The notes under the pieces: model-generated
What the model saw: the letters and a program-made list of their open reading frames with translations, nothing else
Databases searched by the model: none
What the model was told of the DNA's origin: nothing
Part shown: piece after piece, positions 10,447-20,585 of the stretch
How positions within the stretch are numbered: position 1 is the stretch's first letter
Layout: each line of letters opens with the position of its first letter
Position numbers and translations under genes: made by a program
NCBI GenBank assembly: GCA_000004985.1
Contig: GG738882.1
DNA length: 64,000 bases
Source: Naegleria gruberi
Lineage: Eukaryota
Reading direction: 5' to 3' (one strand)

Positions 10447-13032
10447 ATGCAGAAAGTTATTTTCCTATTGCTGGTTCTGATATTTATGCTTGTGAAAGAG
10501 CAAGCTCACGCGTATTCGAATGTTTATTCTGTCAAGAATACTGTGCAATCATTTTGTTTCTCTCCCAACGGACTTTCTCTCTATCTAGCATCGCAAGATA
10601 ACGCTATTCGAAAGATGGACGAAATTCACCATAATCACATTCAAGCAGTTGCTTGTGATCCTATGGCACATTCTGGTTACAGCGGTGATGACAGCGATGC
10701 CATGTTGGCTGGCTGCCATCTGTCAAACAAGCAAGGAAGCTTGCAAGTTTTGTATGGAAAAGTTTATTTTGTTAATGGCTTGGCGTTGAGAATGGTTGAT
10801 GAACAAGAAGGTATCATGAAGACTATTCTTGAAGATGACATTTCATCCATGTATGTGAATGACTATGAAGAAATTATTTATGCCTCTGGTAATTCGATTA
10901 AGAAACTTTCGGATGGTTTCGTCCAAGTTTTAGCAGGTGGATCAGAATGTATTGGTGATCAAGATGGATTATTCATGAAGGAAAGTTGCGTTTCACCAAC
11001 ACATGTTGTTCAAGACGAAAGATCTGAAGGAGTAATTTACTTTTACGATGAAAAGTTAAAAGTCATTAGAAAAATCAAAGACGAAATTGTTACCACAGTT
11101 CCAGGAAGTAAGTTTACAATTAATTTTTGAGAATTTAATGAAAATGAATCAATAGCCAGTGGATTTTCAATCTTTGACGTAAAACATGGAATGGTCTATT
11201 GTTCAAATGGTAAATTGATCAAGAAAATTCAACATGATGGAACTTTCCAAATTTTGAATGGAATTCCAACAAAGTCTACAATTTCCATGCTTAAAATTTC
11301 ACCGGAATGGAGTGAAGATGAAGTTTATTTCATTTCTCAAAATGGAGATCTCCAAAAAATCAATTATCTTGGAAAATTGGAAACAATTATTTCCAAATCA
11401 GTTTTCAAACCTAAATTTTATAGAACTAGAACAATTTTACAACAATTTGAATATAAGGGAAATAATAATACTTGTTTCTATTATTGTAATGGAACAACCA
11501 ATGGTACTGTTAATGGAAATAGTTCAAACTTTGGAAACAATACTTTTGGTAATAACACATTTGGTAATAATACATTTGGTAATAATACTAATGGAAATGA
11601 AACAAAGCCAAATAATGACAGAATTGACTATTATCCAACTCCAATTCTTCAATCACAGGTTTCTGAAGATGGATCTGGTGTTAGATTTGTAATTACATTT
11701 GGTAAATCGGCTGCGTACACTCATCGTTTATTCTATGTCCAGGATTCGAAATATGACACGAAACTTTGTAAGAATACCTATTTAGAAAGAGCCATTCCAA
11801 TGACTCGGTTAGAATCTTCAGATATTACACTAACTCAAAACTATTCTACCAATTACATTCCATTAGCTAATTTAATTAACAATACTTCAGTTGATAAGAA
11901 ATTGACAGCTGACTATTTACAATTAACTATTAATTTGGCTTTGGAATATATTGACAATGAGGGTGAATTTAATGGAGGATTCTGTAGAGCTTATATTTAC
12001 AAAACTTCACAAGTTATTAATGTGTTTTATTCCACCAACATTATTTCATCACTTTCTGTCAATAAGTTACTGGACTATTCCTATAATATTTATCCTCAAC
12101 TTGTTACAACAGATAGTAACAGTGGTGCTGGTAGTTTAATTGTTGAGCTCATGTTAGAAACTAGCAATCTCTCACTTATTCAATTCACATTCCAAAACTC
12201 TACAAATCCAAACAGCAATTTCATAATCAATAATGTCGAATATCAATTCCAATCAAAATCATTCAAATATTGGAAGATTTCCATGAAAACTGCTTCAAAG
12301 GCTTTTGATTTCACAGGAACCTCACTCTTCTACTCTAAATTTGAATCAACCAGAGGATATATTTTCAATGATTACATTCCACTCGTCATTAATTATCAAA
12401 TTGCAATTCCTCCAGAAGAAAAAAACACAACTGTGAAATATTCGCTATCTCTCTCTGGAAATGACTTGGTACCAAAGTCTTCATTCGCCCTTGGTGATTC
12501 AATCTTTGTAAGAATGACAGCTCAATTCAGTTATGGAACTTACAAGTTGAGAGCCAAGTCAGCTGTCTTGTGTTGCATGAAGGAGTTTAGTCCTGCACCA
12601 ATTTATGATCCTTCCAAAAATTTATTTGGATGCTCCACCTATGATTCTAACACAATGGATGTTTGGAAATCTCTCTATTCAGGATTTGTTTCAAATTCTC
12701 AAATGGAAATTGTAGAATTCCCATCTCCAGAAAGTACTCACATTTTCAATTTCAAACTCAAATATGATTATTTCCCTGTGAGAAGTAGTTCTTACACTGC
12801 TGCTTGTTATATTCAAACAACTGGTGGATTAAAGGAACCTAATTCTAGAGAGATTCATTCTGAAAGTTATCCAGAAACTGAAGTTCATCCATTGAGTGTC
12901 ATTATTCCAGAAAGTACTCAACCAAAACCTATTACTTCTACCAAGACTGTATCATCTGTCAATTCTTTGCACAGTTTCAATTTGATGATGGTTTTATTAT
13001 CACTTTTAATTGGTCTCTTTATCATTTATTAA
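10447..13032 (+). CDS. secreted/GPI-anchored surface protein with N-terminal beta-propeller-like (NHL-like) region and an NNTFGNN tandem repeat, 2 exons
   Basis: Exon 1 10447..11107, intron 11108..11155 (GTAAGT...ATAG), exon 2 11156..13032. This joins track ORFs 10447..11130 and 11191..13032 in frame (...VPGT|SGFSIFDVKHGMVYCSNG...). Signal peptide MQKVIFLLLVLIFMLV. C-terminal hydrophobic tail MMVLLSLLIGLFIIY typical of a GPI signal. Many N-glycosylation sequons. Confidence 0.6.
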
Positions 13033-13126
13033 GAATAATGAATAAATAATCTTTGAATTATTCTAATTGATTAGTTTCAATTTCTTTTTCTAAGTTTCAT
13101 TTTACAATTAATATACATTATTTTCA

Positions 13127-13543
13127 CTAATTCTCTCCAATAAATCTAATAATTTCCTTATAAATATGTTCTCTCACAGCCGTATCATGTACTTCATCAA
13201 ATCCTTCCACAAGATCATCATCATCATATTTATTCGGATTGACTTGTCCCTTTCCACTCTCCCAAACCAACCCTTGAATTTCATAAATAATATTCATAAT
13301 TTCATCTTGATCAGCATTGGAGGCAATTGTTGTTGGTAATTTATTGTCGGTTTTCAATTTTTCCAATACTTTCCTTGTGTTCTCTTCTACTGCCTTCCCA
13401 CCAGCAATTGTAAACATTCCGAAAGTGTTGGGTGTTTTTTTGAATAACATTCTCTTCATTTTGGAAGCAAAGTTTGTGAGGTTCTGTTCTGCTTCTTCAT
13501 GTTGCGACATTTTTTTTCCAGTAAAATAAAGAAATTCGAACAA
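13127..13543 (-). CDS. hypothetical small acidic protein
   Basis: 138-aa ORF. The real start may be the internal MSQHEEAEQ. No family recognised. Confidence 0.3.
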   Translation of the reverse strand: MFEFLYFTGKKMSQHEEAEQNLTNFASKMKRMLFKKTPNTFGMFTIAGGKAVEENTRKVLEKLKTDNKLPTTIASNADQDEIMNIIYEIQGLVWESGKGQVNPNKYDDDDLVEGFDEVHDTAVREHIYKEIIRFIGEN

Positions 13544-13808
13544 TTCCCAAGTTCCATTTAATTTATTGTAAATTCAACACGTGTTTTTAATACAACACAA
13601 AGTTCAACCATTTATGACATTCAATCTTCATTCCAAAATTCATTAAGATTGCACGCCTACACTTTTGGAAAAACAATCCTTTTTGGAAAATGTGCTCATG
13701 TTAAATTTCTTTCATTAAGAGTTATGTATCTTGAATTTCGAGAGTATGTAAGAATAAGAAGAAGAGTATTATTAAACCAACTATTCAAAAAAACAACACA
13801 ACAACAAC

Positions 13809-14375
13809 ATGATGATAATAACTTCGGAAGCAGCACTTGATAAAATCAAATCTTCATCATCATCACAACATATTGCACAAAAGCAAGTGAGGTTTCACCC
13901 AAGTACATCATCGGACCCTCTTCATAAAGAAGAAGAAATCATAATACAAGATGAAATTGAACTGTTTGAACAATCTGCTGCCGTAACAACAACAGTTACA
14001 AGACTGAATGAAGAAGTGCCACCATTAAGTACTGTTTGCAAATCTTCATCAGTAGTATTTCATCTTCCCTCATTAGAATCATTGGCACAAGATATCAAAA
14101 ACTCACCTCCTTCTGAAGTAACTCAATTAGTGTTACCATCACCACTAGTTGGCAATGTTAAGTATCCTGTGATTACAATTCCACTTTTGGTGGGAATTAT
14201 TTGTTTACCTGTAGTTGGAACTGTTATAGGTTTGATTGCTTTTTTGAAATTTAAAAAGACATTTGAAAGTGTCAGAATTTGGATAATTGTGAGCATTGTG
14301 ATCAATTTGATGATTTGTTTGCTTACTGCCATAATCATTATACAAGTAATTATCATATTAAATCTCAGTAAATAA
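13809..14375 (+). CDS. hypothetical Ser-rich protein with two C-terminal TM helices
   Basis: ATG at 13809, 188 aa. C-terminal hydrophobic segments PLLVGIICLPVVGTVIGLIAF and IIVSIVINLMICLLTAIIIIQVIII. Confidence 0.35.
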   Translation: MMIITSEAALDKIKSSSSSQHIAQKQVRFHPSTSSDPLHKEEEIIIQDEIELFEQSAAVTTTVTRLNEEVPPLSTVCKSSSVVFHLPSLESLAQDIKNSPPSEVTQLVLPSPLVGNVKYPVITIPLLVGIICLPVVGTVIGLIAFLKFKKTFESVRIWIIVSIVINLMICLLTAIIIIQVIIILNLSK

Positions 14376-14412
14376 GTTCTCAAATGTTGTTCGTTTCATG
14401 GTTGAATAAAAA

Positions 14413-14530
14413 GACTACAGCACCACAGGTTCCCAAGTTGTCTCCAACCTCAGTACTGATGTGGCTCGACGATGCTTAACTTCTCAAATCGGACGGGATG
14501 AGGTGCATTCATCGTGATATGGCCGTAGCC
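14413..14530 (-). rRNA. 5S ribosomal RNA gene (copy 1, minus strand)
   Basis: rc of 14413..14530 reads GGCTACGGCCATATCACGATGAATGCACCTCATCCCGTCCGATTTGAGAAGTTAAGCATCGTCGAGCCACATCAGTACTGAGGTTGGAGACAACTTGGGAACCTGTGGTGCTGTAGTC. 118 nt. Matches the universal 5S consensus: helix I end pairing, CCGTCCGAT, GAAGTTAAGC, AGTACT, GGGAA. A T-run terminator follows on the transcribed strand (plus 14408-14412 AAAAA). Confidence 0.92.
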
Positions 14531-15203
14531 ATTCAATATCTTAAAATGTGAATAATAAATCATAGCCATTCATTTCCTTAAATTAAGGTTTATCAACCAA
14601 CCCTTTTTGGTAAAGATCGATAAGAAAAGTACAAATTGGAGAGATGTTTATTAGAAATTACTTTTGAAATTATTCAGCTTTCTTTTTAGATAAATCCAAC
14701 CATCCTAATCCAAACTGATTCAATAAATCATCAATAACTTTCTCTCTACTGGACATGAATGGTTCAATGTAACAATTATAAACAAAGTGAGCTCCACCTA
14801 AATGATGATTAATATTTAAATAATTCGAATAATATTATTACAAAATTTTCGAATAAATTTACTTACCAAAGTTTGTATTAACTTTAAAGATCAACCACAA
14901 CAAGAAGAGAATTTTAACTTCAAAATAGAAAGGAATCCAATAAATTAACCATTCGAAAAAGCATTCGAAAGTGATCACAAAAGCATAAACTGACCAATAA
15001 GTCAACTAATTCCGATCATTAAATAATTAAATAATTTAATTTACTTACCCATTGCTTATCATCTTCTTCTTCCTTTGTTTTCAAAGCTTGGAATGATCTA
15101 AAAGCAGGATACAATGCTCCGAGAAGATTAGAAATTGATCGAGAGATTAAAAATCCAAACAACATTTTTTTTAATTTATTGATGTGTTTGAAAGGTGAAA
15201 GGT

Positions 15204-17206
15204 TTAGAATAAATCACTGTATGCTGATGGAGTTGTTACAACTTGTGCTGCAGCTTGATAATTTTCATAAGAACCTGCGTCAAAAGAATTGTTTGGGAAT
15301 TGATCATAGGTTGGTGGTGGTTGTTGTTTCATATTCTTTGTGACACCTTCTAGATAGCTTAACAGAGCTGATAGGACAGCATCATTTTGAGAGACTGGAG
15401 AGCTATTGGCTGATGCATTACTATTTCTATCGGTTACTATCATTTCTTTTTGAGGAAGTGGGAAGTTGTTTTGTGGCATTAGATTTCTTTGAATTACTGC
15501 TTCCATTTCGTCAATTAGTGGTTTATATGCAGTAGATAGCCGCACATATCGTTTGGCAAGTGTTGTAATTGCTCGGTAATCCTTCTCCAAGAATGTAAAA
15601 TAATCCACAGTAATAACCTTTTTAGATGATGTGGTAATTGAGGAAATCCTAGGTCTTAATCCTCTCTCAATTAATTTACAAATGTCCAAATGATATTGAC
15701 AAGTTGTGGTAATACTAGCTAGTATTGTAGAGAGAGAATATCTGTAATTTCACAAGTCATTAAGAACTTGGTATTGAAAAATACTTACGGAAATAGTTCA
15801 TGTTCAGTCATTAACGTAATTTTGAGTGCAATCTCTTCCACAGCACTTGGAGAAATATCAGGTATTCTACTCAAGAATAATAATTTGAATCCCTCCACAA
15901 TAATGAATGAATGCATATGTTGAGATTTGAAAAATGTCTCCGAGTGACAATCAACCATCATTTTGATTAAACGTTGACGATAGCTAGAAACTGCATTGAA
16001 CACTGCTTCAATAACTTGTTTGAAAAGCATGAAATTTTCAGTTGTGACAACAGCGTTTTTCAAATAGTCCCATGTACCAGGCAACAATATCTCAGAAATT
16101 GACTTGTCCAGAGAAACTTCCAAAATCTTTGGTAACCCCTTGATGAAAATGGCAAACTCATTTGGGGAATGTTGCTCAGCTCCACCCACAACAAAAGCTC
16201 TATGTTTCTCTAAATTCTTCTCATATAAATCCAAAGTTCTGTTTTGATTCTCCGAAAAGTAGAAATCTCCAAATAATAAATAGTATCTAGACCTTGGTAA
16301 ATCTCCATATCCAATAAAGTATGCTCCCATATTGTGACAAGCTCCAACAAAGTAAAAGTTTGAAAAGTAATCTGTCGAGAGTTTGGCAATTTCCAATTCA
16401 CATCTCTTGGCTGTGACTTGAGCAAAGCTCAACTGAGCAGTAATTTGTTCAGATAAAGCCAATGCTGACAAGTAAAAGGCAAATAAACACTTCATCTCAG
16501 CCTCTGTTGTGATAAATTCATTGGGAGGAACAATAATTTGTGGTGAACCATTCAAAAATTGTTGTAAACATGTCTTTACAAAAAATTCAAATTTGACCCT
16601 TTTCAAAACGGGATGTCCACTACAAAGGAAAGTATAATACAATTCTACCACATTCATTGGTGAAACTGTACTTGACATTGTTTGTGGAAATTGTGGTGAC
16701 TGACCGTTTATGTGAGTTGGTGAAGTGTACGGAAGAGATGATGATGGGATGGTGGTTGGTAAATTTAGAGGCATGCTATTGAGTAATTGATGTTGTAGTT
16801 GATTGTCAATTGAGGGAGTACTATTTGATTTGTCAGTATTATTGGACGATGATGACTTTTTCCTTCTCTCCGTTTTGGTTGGATAAGCGTCCGAGCCTTT
16901 TCCTCGTTTTCTTGGTGTATTGTACTATTTGTATGAGATTGAAGAAATGATGATTATGATGAATACTTACTGTACATTTGAGTCCTCTGGCTGAACATTT
17001 AGAGCATTCAGGAAGCTTTTTATCACACTTATATAAAACGTGTAATCAATGATATGTTGTAACTACTACTAGACACCTACCTTTTTGTGTAGAGATCGAC
17101 ATTGAATGCAGGCTATTGGGTGAAAGCCTTCCGGAGCAGTTAATCCATCTCCAATATTATAATCTTCATCCTCTGATAATGAAGCTTGACTTTCGGTTTT
17201 CTTCAT
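15204..17206 (-). CDS. Zn(II)2Cys6 binuclear-cluster (fungal-type) transcription factor, 4 exons
   Basis: Exons complement(17081..17206), (16971..17027), (15789..16924), (15204..15741). Introns are 53, 46 and 47 nt (GTAGGT, GTAAGT, GTAAGT donors; AAG, TAG, CAG acceptors). Spliced N-terminus MKKTESQASLSEDEDYNIGDGLTAPEGFHPIACIQCRSLHKK|CDKKLPECSKCSARGLKCT|YNTPRKRGKG... gives a perfect CX2CX6CX6CX2CX6C cluster spread over exons 1-2. In-frame TAA lies upstream of the ATG. The middle region resembles the fungal-TF middle homology domain. Confidence 0.8.
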
Positions 17207-17339
17207 CTTGCTATTCTTGTTGTTGTATTCGTTTTATGTGATATGTCTCTTGTTGCTATCTTTTTACTATTAGAGAGAATTAATACTTGTTCTTCTTGTG
17301 ATGTTGAGCATCATACACAGGATTAAAAAAACGTTCCTC

Positions 17340-17400
17340 TTCTTCTTATTGTTATTTTGTTGTTGTTGTTGTTCCTATTGTTGTTCTTATTGTTGTTACT
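17340..17400. repeat. imperfect (TTG/GTT)n microsatellite in the 5' flank of the Zn2Cys6 gene
   Basis: cttcttcttattgttattttgttgttgttgttgttcctattgttgttcttattgttgttacttc, read directly. Confidence 0.6.
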
Positions 17401-17974
17401 TCTCTCACAAGAAAGCACCTTGCTGGTTATAACGGCTGGTCAGAGATTTCAGCTGTTTTTTTCTCTCTTAAATAACAGTATAAAACCAGATGATACACAA
17501 ACCTCGGTCTCCTTCCTAATAAAACAATTGCTTGCATCCTTCCATCATCATCTCTCAACACTTTTATCTTTGCATTCCATCATTTTTTCGATATTGTCAT
17601 CATATTCTATCAAGCAGTGAGCCATTCTACTTGTTCAACTCCTCTCTTTTGAAAAAAAAGTGTCGGTGTTATTTTACGCTTCTGTTTGAGGCAGCATTAA
17701 ATAAAGTCCTCGCTCTCTGCCTATCGGATGATTGACACAATTAAGGATAATGTAAAATGTGTCCTCGTTGATTGCTTGTTAGGAAGTTACTGTCCTTCTT
17801 GGATTTCATTTGCTAGTTACTGTAAAGTTCAAGAGATGGTGGGATGGTTGTAAATTTAAATACAGGAAATAAGAAGTATTATGAAAACAACCTAAAATAA
17901 TAATGAAATCAATCACTTGTTGAAAGATGTATGAATTACACCTTCAGTGAAAAGTCACTTGAACTGGCTTACTG

Positions 17975-18489
17975 ATGTTTGAAAGCTGTCAAAAGTTAAA
18001 AAATCAATCAAAAAAAATAGACATCAAAATGGTTCTTTGTGCTGGTGATGAAATTCAATTAACTCTTGTCAGAGGAAAAAACTTGAAAGCTGCAGATTCG
18101 AACAATCTCAGTGATCCATTTGTGACTTTTGAATCAAGCACTGGACAAAAATCCAAATCAAAAACCATCAAGGATACATTGAATCCGGAATGGAATGAAA
18201 AATTCACATTTAAATTGGATAAAAGTGAAAATTTCATGCTTGTTATGCAAGTTTTTGATTTTGATTTAATCAAAAATGTATGTAAAGATTAATTAATTAT
18301 ATTAGAAATATTATTCGAAACTTTGTGAAAATATTTGAATTGACTTTCCAATAGGATTTTCTCGGATCAACAACAATTACAATTTCTGATGAAAAGTATG
18401 ATATTGGAAAGGAACATGAAACTGAATTACCACTCCATGCAACAACCACTGGATCATTGGTCATTCGTTTCACCATTGTCAGGAAATAG
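17975..18489 (+). CDS. single C2-domain protein, 2 exons
   Basis: Exon 1 17975..18277 (alternative start ATG 18029 = MVLCAGDE...), intron 18278..18354 (GTATGT...ATAG), exon 2 18355..18489. C2 signature LTLVRGKNLKAADSNNLSDPFVTFES...LNPEWNEKFTF...DFDLIKN|DFLGSTTITISD. The track's minus ORF 18297..18509 is spurious. Confidence 0.7.
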
Positions 18490-18530
18490 ACAATTTCTTG
18501 TACACACATTTAATAATTGAATAAAATTAT

Positions 18531-20441
18531 TTAATAAAAATATGCTTGCTTCTTTGAATTATAAGTTTCTTCATCTAGACAGACCAGTGAACAGTCTCTA
18601 CATTTAGTAAAGCATGCAACAATATCCTCTGGATTAGTGACAAGTACAGGAATTGAATCACTAAGAGGAACTCCCTTTTTGAATGCTTCTGGTGCGTACT
18701 TGACTAAAAGCTCTTTGTTTAATCTGTAAAAGAAATAGGTTGAGACAGGAGTTGGGTTAACAAGGAACCATTGCAAAACTTCTTCTTGCTGTTTCACATC
18801 AAATAAGGAGACAATTTCCATTGCTCTACTGTGTCCAATATTTTGTGAATTATGAGCAATTCCTTCTTTTAAGAATGTCCTACACCACTTTTTCCTTACT
18901 TCCATATCACAATAATTACTTAAGATTTGTGATCCCAATACAAATGCATAAATGTCTGGTTGTTTTCTTGCTAGTTCCAAAATCTTTTCCATATTTTCCT
19001 CATAGTTTTGATAGGTAAAAGGTGGTAATCCCCATGCCTGTAACACCTTTGATTGTATTGAATTATTCTCATCCCTAAATTGTAAAAATAAAGATGGTTT
19101 GGTATCGGCTATCATTTTTACTATTCTTGGATCTTCAGTCACCTTGGTTGAAAAGTTAACTATTGATTGAGGATTGATTGCAAAAAGTTTCTTTGCAAGA
19201 GGTCTGCAATCTTTCCAGAAGGCCGGCAAATAAGTGATGAGGCTTGGATTTTTCATCAATATCATTTCAACAATTTCCTTGTCTTGTAATAGTTCTTCTT
19301 GATTCAAAAATGCAGGGAAAGATGTCATATCTTCAATTTGATTGATTCCTTTGATTACCAATTTGCGGAAACCAGGGGTAGAGTAGGGAATATATTCCAA
19401 AGAGTAAGGTTTGGAAGAAACAGCAATTTCTAATAATTCTTGATGATTTCTCAGAAAATTAGAACTGAGATATTTGATAGCAAATCCATTTTGTTTTACA
19501 GCTTGAGTGACAACCTGCTTATCTTGCAAAAACTTGGTGCAATATTTTAACATTTTACCATGTGAGTTGACCAATCGAAGGCAAAAATCTCTATCTTCCA
19601 AGAAGGATTGAGGTATTTCCTTACCAATCTTGTAGTAAATTTTTGCAGCCTTTACAAGAAAATCTGGATCATTGAATTTTGGAGAGATTGCACTAATGGT
19701 CTTGGCAATTTGTTGAGGAGAAAGATCACGAGCTGTAAAATGTTTCAATAAACAAAGAGCTAATGGAGTGGATGTCACACCTGCAGGTAGTCGATTAAAT
19801 ATTTGTCTTCCACAAGCAATTTTACAATACTTTTGGAAACTATCTGCCTCAATTGTAAACATTGATGAAGGTGGATCGAATAGAGCATCCCATATATTAG
19901 TTTTTGTATTGTAATGGCCACTTGTACTAATAACAAGGTTATTATATTTCCCATTCGGAACTAGGACAATGTTATCACTAATACTAACAAGGTTATTCGT
20001 CTTTTCCCATAACTTGATTGGATATATCCAGTGTGCAGGATACGAATAATATGAATAGCTGGCAACATTCATATCTTCATCGAAATGTCTCGTCATCATC
20101 AGTAACTCTTTAATAATAAATGGAATTTTACAATTTAATTCAGTTTCAACTCTTTCAAATTCCTGTTGATATCGTTCTCTATATTCATCATCACAATCAA
20201 TTAATTGAAATTTATCAATCAAATGTTCATTATAAATAGTCAAATACTCCCGAAACACTCTACGAAAATAATTTAAAAAGGTGGCAACAAGTTGTCGATT
20301 CGTCACTCTAAAATTGCTCGATTCTCTGAATGGAATAAAACTGAATAATAATTCTAAAATTTCCGATGGTAAATCAAGTAATTTATAAAGATGATTGGAG
20401 GTGGTGGAAATTGTTGTGATCATAGTTTGATCGTGTTGCAT
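18531..20441 (-). CDS. F-box domain protein
   Basis: Single 636-aa ORF with ATG. N-terminal F-box-like LLDLPSEILELLFSFIPFRESSNFRVTNRQL. Rest unrecognised. Confidence 0.5.
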   Translation of the reverse strand: MQHDQTMITTISTTSNHLYKLLDLPSEILELLFSFIPFRESSNFRVTNRQLVATFLNYFRRVFREYLTIYNEHLIDKFQLIDCDDEYRERYQQEFERVETELNCKIPFIIKELLMMTRHFDEDMNVASYSYYSYPAHWIYPIKLWEKTNNLVSISDNIVLVPNGKYNNLVISTSGHYNTKTNIWDALFDPPSSMFTIEADSFQKYCKIACGRQIFNRLPAGVTSTPLALCLLKHFTARDLSPQQIAKTISAISPKFNDPDFLVKAAKIYYKIGKEIPQSFLEDRDFCLRLVNSHGKMLKYCTKFLQDKQVVTQAVKQNGFAIKYLSSNFLRNHQELLEIAVSSKPYSLEYIPYSTPGFRKLVIKGINQIEDMTSFPAFLNQEELLQDKEIVEMILMKNPSLITYLPAFWKDCRPLAKKLFAINPQSIVNFSTKVTEDPRIVKMIADTKPSLFLQFRDENNSIQSKVLQAWGLPPFTYQNYEENMEKILELARKQPDIYAFVLGSQILSNYCDMEVRKKWCRTFLKEGIAHNSQNIGHSRAMEIVSLFDVKQQEEVLQWFLVNPTPVSTYFFYRLNKELLVKYAPEAFKKGVPLSDSIPVLVTNPEDIVACFTKCRDCSLVCLDEETYNSKKQAYFY

Positions 20442-20585
20442 TTTTTTTGATCTTGAAAATTCAATTTTTTAGAGATGAACTTTTTGTAAATTTCAAAAAT
20501 GCAATGGAACTTGGAAATTTGCTAAAAATCGTGTTTCTTGAATGTCAATTAGAAAATTGAAAAATCAAGAATAATTGAAAGTTTA

